DNA of 55,514 nucleotides from an uncultured Nitrospiraceae bacterium (GTDB lineage Bacteria > Nitrospirota > Thermodesulfovibrionia > UBA6902). Within the stretch, counting starts at the first letter, position 1. Each line of letters begins with the position of its first letter. Where the stretch lies: the NCBI GenBank assembly GCA_964347155.1, contig CAYFXR010000182.1, forward strand, positions 1 to 55,514, written 5' to 3'. A program made the position numbers and the translations under genes. The notes below the pieces were generated by a model. That model worked only from the letters and a program-made list of their open reading frames with translations, did no database searches and was not told the DNA's origin. Of this stretch, positions 50,005-55,514 are shown one piece after another.

Positions 50005-51069
50005 ATGAATAACAAAATTAAGGTGCTGATCGTTGATGATTCCGTCGTAGTCCGCCAGACACTCACGGAGATCCTTTCCTCTGACCAGAGGATTGAAATA
50101 ATGGCTGTAGCTGCAGATCCCTTTATTGCCGCCGAAAAAATACGGCATGAAGTCCCTGACGTTATTACCCTTGATGTTGAAATGCCCCGGATGGATGGCA
50201 TCACCTTTCTCCAGAAGCTTATGAGCCAGCACCCGATTCCAGTGGTTATGTGTTCGAGTCTTACGGCACAAGGTTCTGAGATAACGCTGAAGGCATTGGA
50301 ATACGGAGCGGTTGAAATCATTCAGAAGCCGCAAATGGGAGCAAAAAAGTTCCTGGAAGAGTCCAGAATCCGCATCTGTGATACAGTGAAAGCCGCTTCT
50401 ATGGCAAAGGTAAAGCGTATTGCCGAGCATCGAACAGTACCGCCGAAACTTGCTGCCGATTCTGTTATTGCAAAACCGATTAAAAAGGCAATGATAAAGA
50501 CAACTGAAAAGGTTGTCGTTGTGGGAGCGTCAACAGGCGGTACAGAGGCCCTCAGGATCTTTCTTGAGGCTATGCCCCTTGATGCCCCCGGAATTGTAAT
50601 AGTGCAACATATGCCCGAGCATTTTACTGCTGCATTTGCAAAACGGCTTGATGACATTTGCAAAATATCAGTTAAAGAAGCTGCCAACAATGATACATTA
50701 ATCAGGGGGCGGGCTCTGATTGCTCCGGGTAACCGTCATATCTTACTTAAACGGAGCGGCACCAGATACTATGTGGAAATAAAGGATGGCCCCTTAGTTT
50801 GCCGCCACCGCCCATCCGTTGATGTACTGTTTCGCTCATCGGCTCGGTATGCTGGCAAAAATGCTGTGGGAGTCATTATGACTGGCATGGGTGATGACGG
50901 TGCAAGAGGAATGTTTGAGATGAAAGAGGCCGGCGCATTTAATATAGCCCAGAATGAAACCACGGCGATTGTATTTGGGATGCCCAAGGAAGCGATCAAG
51001 AGGGGAGGGATAGACAAAGTGTTGCCGCTTGAGAAAATCGCAGGAGAAGTTATAAAAATCTGCGAATAG
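50005..51069 (+). CDS. cheB: CheB methylesterase
   Basis: Receiver domain plus GASTGG, VQHMP and MTGMGDDG motifs. Confidence 0.97.
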   Translation: MNNKIKVLIVDDSVVVRQTLTEILSSDQRIEIMAVAADPFIAAEKIRHEVPDVITLDVEMPRMDGITFLQKLMSQHPIPVVMCSSLTAQGSEITLKALEYGAVEIIQKPQMGAKKFLEESRIRICDTVKAASMAKVKRIAEHRTVPPKLAADSVIAKPIKKAMIKTTEKVVVVGASTGGTEALRIFLEAMPLDAPGIVIVQHMPEHFTAAFAKRLDDICKISVKEAANNDTLIRGRALIAPGNRHILLKRSGTRYYVEIKDGPLVCRHRPSVDVLFRSSARYAGKNAVGVIMTGMGDDGARGMFEMKEAGAFNIAQNETTAIVFGMPKEAIKRGGIDKVLPLEKIAGEVIKICE

Positions 51070-51178
51070 ATGGGTACTGAGACTCTACCCCATGTGTCGT
51101 AGACGAGCCGTAGGCCTGTAGGGATAAATTTGTGCAGGTGGCTTTTAATTTCATAACGTGAGATTCAATAGGGGACGA

Positions 51179-51286
51179 TTAAACCAGCAGTAGTATATGT
51201 TTCAGTAGTTTAAACCGTTAAAACTGGTCAAATGGATGGAACGGTTTAAAATGCCCGCATTATTTGAAATGCATTTTTCTGGTTAA
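51179..51286. repeat. Divergent element ending in the MITE right end
   Basis: Ends GCATTATTTGAAATGCATTTTTCTGGTTAA like copies B and C; starts TTAAACCAG; internal TTTAAACCGTT/AACGGTTTAAA. Confidence 0.5.
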
Positions 51287-51404
51287 AATAATTTAGAAAA
51301 ATTAACATTATGGTATATACTATAGAATTGTATGATGAACTTAGTCAGGCTTGATGCCTGACCTATTTTATTGCAACTAATTGCAAAGTTAGAAAATATT
51401 AATT

Positions 51405-52580
51405 GTGCACAAAATCAGAAAAATCGTAACCGACGAACTGTTTGATTGGATGAGGGATATAAGAAGGACAATTCACCAGTGGCCGGAATTAGCATACAAA
51501 GAAAAGAAAACAGCTGAACTTATATCCAAGACCCTGAAAAATCTCGGGATAAAACATCAAACTGGTATTGCCCAGACCGGAGTTGTCGGTAAGCTCATAA
51601 AAGATGAAAATGCTCCCACAGTTGCGCTTCGGGCTGATATGGACGCCCTTCCAATAAGTGAAGATACGGGCCTCCCGTTTTCATCACAAATTCCCGGAGT
51701 AATGCACGCGTGTGGGCATGATGGTCACGTAGCCATCCTTTTAGGTACAGCAGCACTTTTAATGGAAAACCCTCCGGAAGGAAACGTTGTCTTCATATTT
51801 CAGCCTGCTGAGGAAGGGGAAGGAGGGGCAAAACCAATGATTGAACAAGGCGCTCTTGACGGTGTTGATGTCATTTTTGGAGGTCATATTGAAAGGCATC
51901 ATCAGGTAGGAGAGATAGGCATTAAGACAGGTGTACACACATCCCACACTGATGCATTCGAGATACGGATTACCGGTAAAGGAGGGCATGCTGCAAGACC
52001 CCATGAGGCTACAGACGCTGTGCTGATCGCAAGCCAGCTTGTAGTCAATCTGCAAACAATAGTCTCACGGGAAATAGACCCTCTTCACCCCTCCGTCATC
52101 ACCATAGGCTATATAAAAGCCGGAACTGTTTATAACGCAATTGCCGAAAAGGCAATTTTAAGAGGAACGATTAGAACTACGGATGATACAGTAAGAAAAC
52201 AAATACTGGAGAAAATCAGGAAAATGGCTTCATCAATGTCAATTTTTCATGATGCAGAAATAAAAGTGATTGTCAGACCAGGCTATCCTCCAATAATAAA
52301 TGAAGAAAACGCCAGCAAATTTGCAATACATGTTGCCGAGAAACTGATAGGTAAGGAAAAGACAATTGCAATTCCTTATCCGAGTCTTGGCGGTGAGGAC
52401 TTTTCTTATTATTTACAACAAATACCCGGATGTTTTGTCAGGTTCGGGGCTTTAAAAGAAGGTCACGAAATGATATCTTCCCACAGTCCGAAATTCGACT
52501 TTGATGAAGATGCGTTAAGGGTAGGCGCAGCCTATATGTCTGAACTAGTGAGGTACACAATAAAAAAATTAAAGCGATAG
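51405..52580 (+). CDS. M20D amidohydrolase
   Basis: LRADMDALP, MHACGHDGH, FQPAEE, GKGGHAA and EDF motifs. Confidence 0.94.
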   Translation: MHKIRKIVTDELFDWMRDIRRTIHQWPELAYKEKKTAELISKTLKNLGIKHQTGIAQTGVVGKLIKDENAPTVALRADMDALPISEDTGLPFSSQIPGVMHACGHDGHVAILLGTAALLMENPPEGNVVFIFQPAEEGEGGAKPMIEQGALDGVDVIFGGHIERHHQVGEIGIKTGVHTSHTDAFEIRITGKGGHAARPHEATDAVLIASQLVVNLQTIVSREIDPLHPSVITIGYIKAGTVYNAIAEKAILRGTIRTTDDTVRKQILEKIRKMASSMSIFHDAEIKVIVRPGYPPIINEENASKFAIHVAEKLIGKEKTIAIPYPSLGGEDFSYYLQQIPGCFVRFGALKEGHEMISSHSPKFDFDEDALRVGAAYMSELVRYTIKKLKR

Positions 52581-52594
52581 GACGGTTTTGCAAT

Positions 52595-53698
52595 ATGGAA
52601 AAACTTACATTTAATAAATCTCCAGCACCAACTATTGGAGTAGAACTTGAGGTTCAGATACTGGATTCTGAAACCCTTGAACTGATATCTCTTGCGCCTG
52701 AAATCCTGAAGAGGGTTCCTCCTTCTTTAAAAGAACGCATAAAGCCGGAATTTATCCAATCAATGGTTGAAATAAATACAGGAATCTGCTCCACAATCAC
52801 AGAGGTTGAAAAAGATTTGAGAGATACGTACACACATCTCAGTGATATTGCCGAAGGATTAGGGGCAACTATTTACTCGGCAAGCCTTCATCCCTTTTCG
52901 AAATGCAGAGACCAGATTGTCTCAGACCATCCCAGATATCAAAGGATAATGAATGAATTACAATTAATCGGGAAGAGATTTATCAGTCAGGGATTGCATG
53001 TCCATATAGGCGTTGACGATAAGGAAAAAGCCATTACAATTAATAACAATCTCAGGATTTATATTCCAATACTGCTTGCCTTGTCCACTTCATCACCATT
53101 TTATCAATCAGAGGATACAGGATTGATGTCCTACAGGGCTAAATTGTTTGAAGCCCTTCCCCTTGCGGGCATGCCGGACTCACTCTATGATTGGGAAGAA
53201 TATACCACACTCGTAACTCTTCTCAAGAAGAGTGGCATTATTGAATCAGTGAAAGATATATGGTGGGATGTAAGACCCCACCCCGGGTTCGGTACCGCAG
53301 AAATAAGGATATGCGACTTGCCACATTCCCTCCGTGATATTCTTGCCATAACTGCCCTTATCCAGGCACTTGTAATAGCCCTGGCGGAACAATATGAAAA
53401 TCCAGAGCCACATATTCAAATTCTTTATTCAAACAAATGGCAGGCAGCCCGGTATGGGCTTGAAGGTTTTTATGTAGATCCATTTTTTGGCAGGAAATAC
53501 TCAATGAGAGAAGCTGCAATTTATCTTTACAGGCATGTAAAACCGGTGGCAGAGACTCTGAAATCTACCGACTATCTTGATGAGATTCCTGGTATTCTGA
53601 ACCGTTCAACAAGTGCTCACATTCAAAAACAGCTCTATTACAATAATGGCAAAAGCTTTACTAAAATGATTAAAACAATGCAAGGGTACTTTTTTTAA
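52595..53698 (+). CDS. YbdK/GCS2 carboxylate-amine (gamma-glutamyl) ligase
   Basis: TIGVELE, GLHVHIG, SSPF and WWDVRP...GTAEIRICD motifs. Confidence 0.93.
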   Translation: MEKLTFNKSPAPTIGVELEVQILDSETLELISLAPEILKRVPPSLKERIKPEFIQSMVEINTGICSTITEVEKDLRDTYTHLSDIAEGLGATIYSASLHPFSKCRDQIVSDHPRYQRIMNELQLIGKRFISQGLHVHIGVDDKEKAITINNNLRIYIPILLALSTSSPFYQSEDTGLMSYRAKLFEALPLAGMPDSLYDWEEYTTLVTLLKKSGIIESVKDIWWDVRPHPGFGTAEIRICDLPHSLRDILAITALIQALVIALAEQYENPEPHIQILYSNKWQAARYGLEGFYVDPFFGRKYSMREAAIYLYRHVKPVAETLKSTDYLDEIPGILNRSTSAHIQKQLYYNNGKSFTKMIKTMQGYFF

Positions 53699-55227
53699 TG
53701 AAGGGCGCTGTTGCATCAGGCCATCCACTCACAGCCAGGGCAGCAATTGAGATGCTTTCTCTCGGAGGTAATGCCTTTGATGCTGCAGTTTCAGCCGGAT
53801 TTGCGTCAGTCGTTGCAGAGTCTTCTCTCACAAGTCTTGGCGGGGGCGGATTTCTCCTCGCACACATTGAAACACGAAAAGAAGATATCCTTTTTGATTT
53901 TTTTGTAAACACGCCGGGCATGGGAAATAAAGAACATATTAAACCGGTTATGAAACCAGTGGAGATAAAATTTCCGCACTGCACCCAGATTTTTCATACC
54001 GGGTTTGGATCTGTTGCAGTACCCGGCATGTTGAAAGGACTCCTTCATATACACAAAAGACTTTGTACGCTTCCCCTGGATACTATTCTCACACCGGCCT
54101 TACATTATTTGGAGGACGGCGTAGAACTTTGCAAAACACATGAAATATTTTTTGGTCTTCTCAAACCCATATTTACATTATCAGACTACGGCAAACAAAT
54201 GTACATTAAAAACGGCCGATACGTGAAAGAGCACGATAAATTTTTCAACCCTCTTATGAAAGAATTTATCAAAGGCCTTGCAAACAGCAGATGTGACATA
54301 TACAGCGGGGAAACAGCTCAAAGGCTTGTTGAAGAAATGAAGATACAAAACGGTAAGATCACACAGGATGACCTTAATGCATACGAAGTGGTTGAAAGGA
54401 AACCGTTATGCATAAAGTATCGAGACAGGATGATACTTACAAATCCACCCCCCTCAATCGGTGGGATTATTTTAACCTTTGGTCTCCATATTCTTAATAC
54501 TATCAATTTTTCAAAATTTTCTTATGATTCTGAGGAATTCTTCGTTACACTCATTGAACTCATGAAAGAAATGCACTTTTTTAAGCCTGTGAAAAATGGC
54601 ACAGTGATACCGTATCCTTTTACAGATTCAGTTACATCAGACTTCATGAAATCTTTTATGAAAAATATCTCTGAAAAGACTTTTGTTTCAACTCATGGAA
54701 CAACACACATAAGCATTGTAGATGAAAAAGGCAACGCAGCATCAATGACCACATCCAATGGTTCAGGGTCAGGATGCTTTATACCCGATACAGGCATAAT
54801 GCTCAATAATATGATGGGTGAAGATGACCTTCATCCGGAAGGCTTCTTCTCGTCACCTCCCGGCAAAAGAGTATCATCAATGATGATACCGACTCTTACC
54901 TTGAAAGAAGGAAAGGTTGACTCTGTTCTTGGGAGTGGCGGAAGCAAAAGAATAAAAACGGCAATCCTCCAGGTACTGATAAATATTATTGATTTCAATT
55001 GCTCGTTGGAAGAAGCAGTGGAAAAATCACGCATTCATTTTGAGGAAGGTATTGTTCAGACAGAGCCTGATATTTCGGTAAATATTATCAACAGGCTGAA
55101 GAGGCACTACCAGGTAAATACATGGAATAAAAAGGATATGTATTTTGGCGGCGTGCATTGTGTAAATGGCAACATGCAAGGATGGGGAGACAGCAGACGA
55201 GGGGGGGTTTTTCTCGATGCACGTTAG
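53698..55227 (+). CDS. Gamma-glutamyltransferase family protein with no signal peptide
   Basis: GGNAFDAAV, GGGGF, Ntn nucleophile GTTHISIVD, LNNM, SSM and GSGG motifs. Confidence 0.92.
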   Translation: MKGAVASGHPLTARAAIEMLSLGGNAFDAAVSAGFASVVAESSLTSLGGGGFLLAHIETRKEDILFDFFVNTPGMGNKEHIKPVMKPVEIKFPHCTQIFHTGFGSVAVPGMLKGLLHIHKRLCTLPLDTILTPALHYLEDGVELCKTHEIFFGLLKPIFTLSDYGKQMYIKNGRYVKEHDKFFNPLMKEFIKGLANSRCDIYSGETAQRLVEEMKIQNGKITQDDLNAYEVVERKPLCIKYRDRMILTNPPPSIGGIILTFGLHILNTINFSKFSYDSEEFFVTLIELMKEMHFFKPVKNGTVIPYPFTDSVTSDFMKSFMKNISEKTFVSTHGTTHISIVDEKGNAASMTTSNGSGSGCFIPDTGIMLNNMMGEDDLHPEGFFSSPPGKRVSSMMIPTLTLKEGKVDSVLGSGGSKRIKTAILQVLINIIDFNCSLEEAVEKSRIHFEEGIVQTEPDISVNIINRLKRHYQVNTWNKKDMYFGGVHCVNGNMQGWGDSRRGGVFLDAR

Positions 55228-55514
55228 ACATGGTTAAATCCTTACATGTTATTGTTCGTCATTATTCAGTTGCTGTAATGTCGAAAATTGTAAATTTTGT
55301 TATCTTTATTGTCGTTTTAATTTACACTAAAATTTTTATTTTTAATATTATCTTTAATTGATAATAATCCTTTAAAAGCAAAAAGTTGTACCAGATTATG
55401 AAATATAATTGTAAATTTAAAATGCATTTAAAAATATAGTGTAAATTTAATTGACAATCAAAATTATTAATAAAATTTACTATTTTACAATAAAAAAACA
55501 ATTAAAAATAATAA

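Noticed and set aside
743..54506. Numerous short antisense or alternative-frame ORFs in the track (for example 32351-33031, 43171-43857, 28092-28520)
   Set aside because: They overlap well-supported genes and show no recognisable motifs
1..55514. CRISPR array, tRNA/rRNA genes, known riboswitches, selenocysteine recoding in dsr genes
   Set aside because: No regularly spaced repeat-spacer units, no recognisable RNA gene or riboswitch consensus, and no in-frame TGA in the dsr ORFs, by eye only

Overview
AT-rich bacterial chromosomal window, most consistent with an anaerobic sulfur-cycling Nitrospirota (Thermodesulfovibrionia-like) genome; this assignment is inferred from gene content and dsr gene order. 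Main contents: housekeeping genes (ruvC, yebC, lolA, ftsK, uppP, pyrE, khpA, tyrS, manC, ubiX, rsmG); a YeiH-type sulfate-exporter-family transporter with a small 4-Cys partner; a sigma54-preceded porin; a complete reductive-type dsr cluster (dsrAB-D-N-orf-C-T-MKJOP); a Re-citrate-synthase-like gene plus isocitrate dehydrogenase; a sigma28-preceded chemotaxis operon that carries an OprB-like porin and a kinase lacking its phospho-His; and a closely spaced M20 hydrolase / YbdK ligase / GGT operon. Intergenic DNA holds several small repeat families: three copies of a ~177 bp MITE-like element, GC-rich palindromes (one inserted in frame in ruvC), TCAAG-loop REP-like hairpins, heptamer tracts, and a ~184 bp inverted repeat bracketing two convergent genes. 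No rRNA, tRNA, CRISPR array or intact transposase was seen. All calls come from reading the sequence; no database searches were run.
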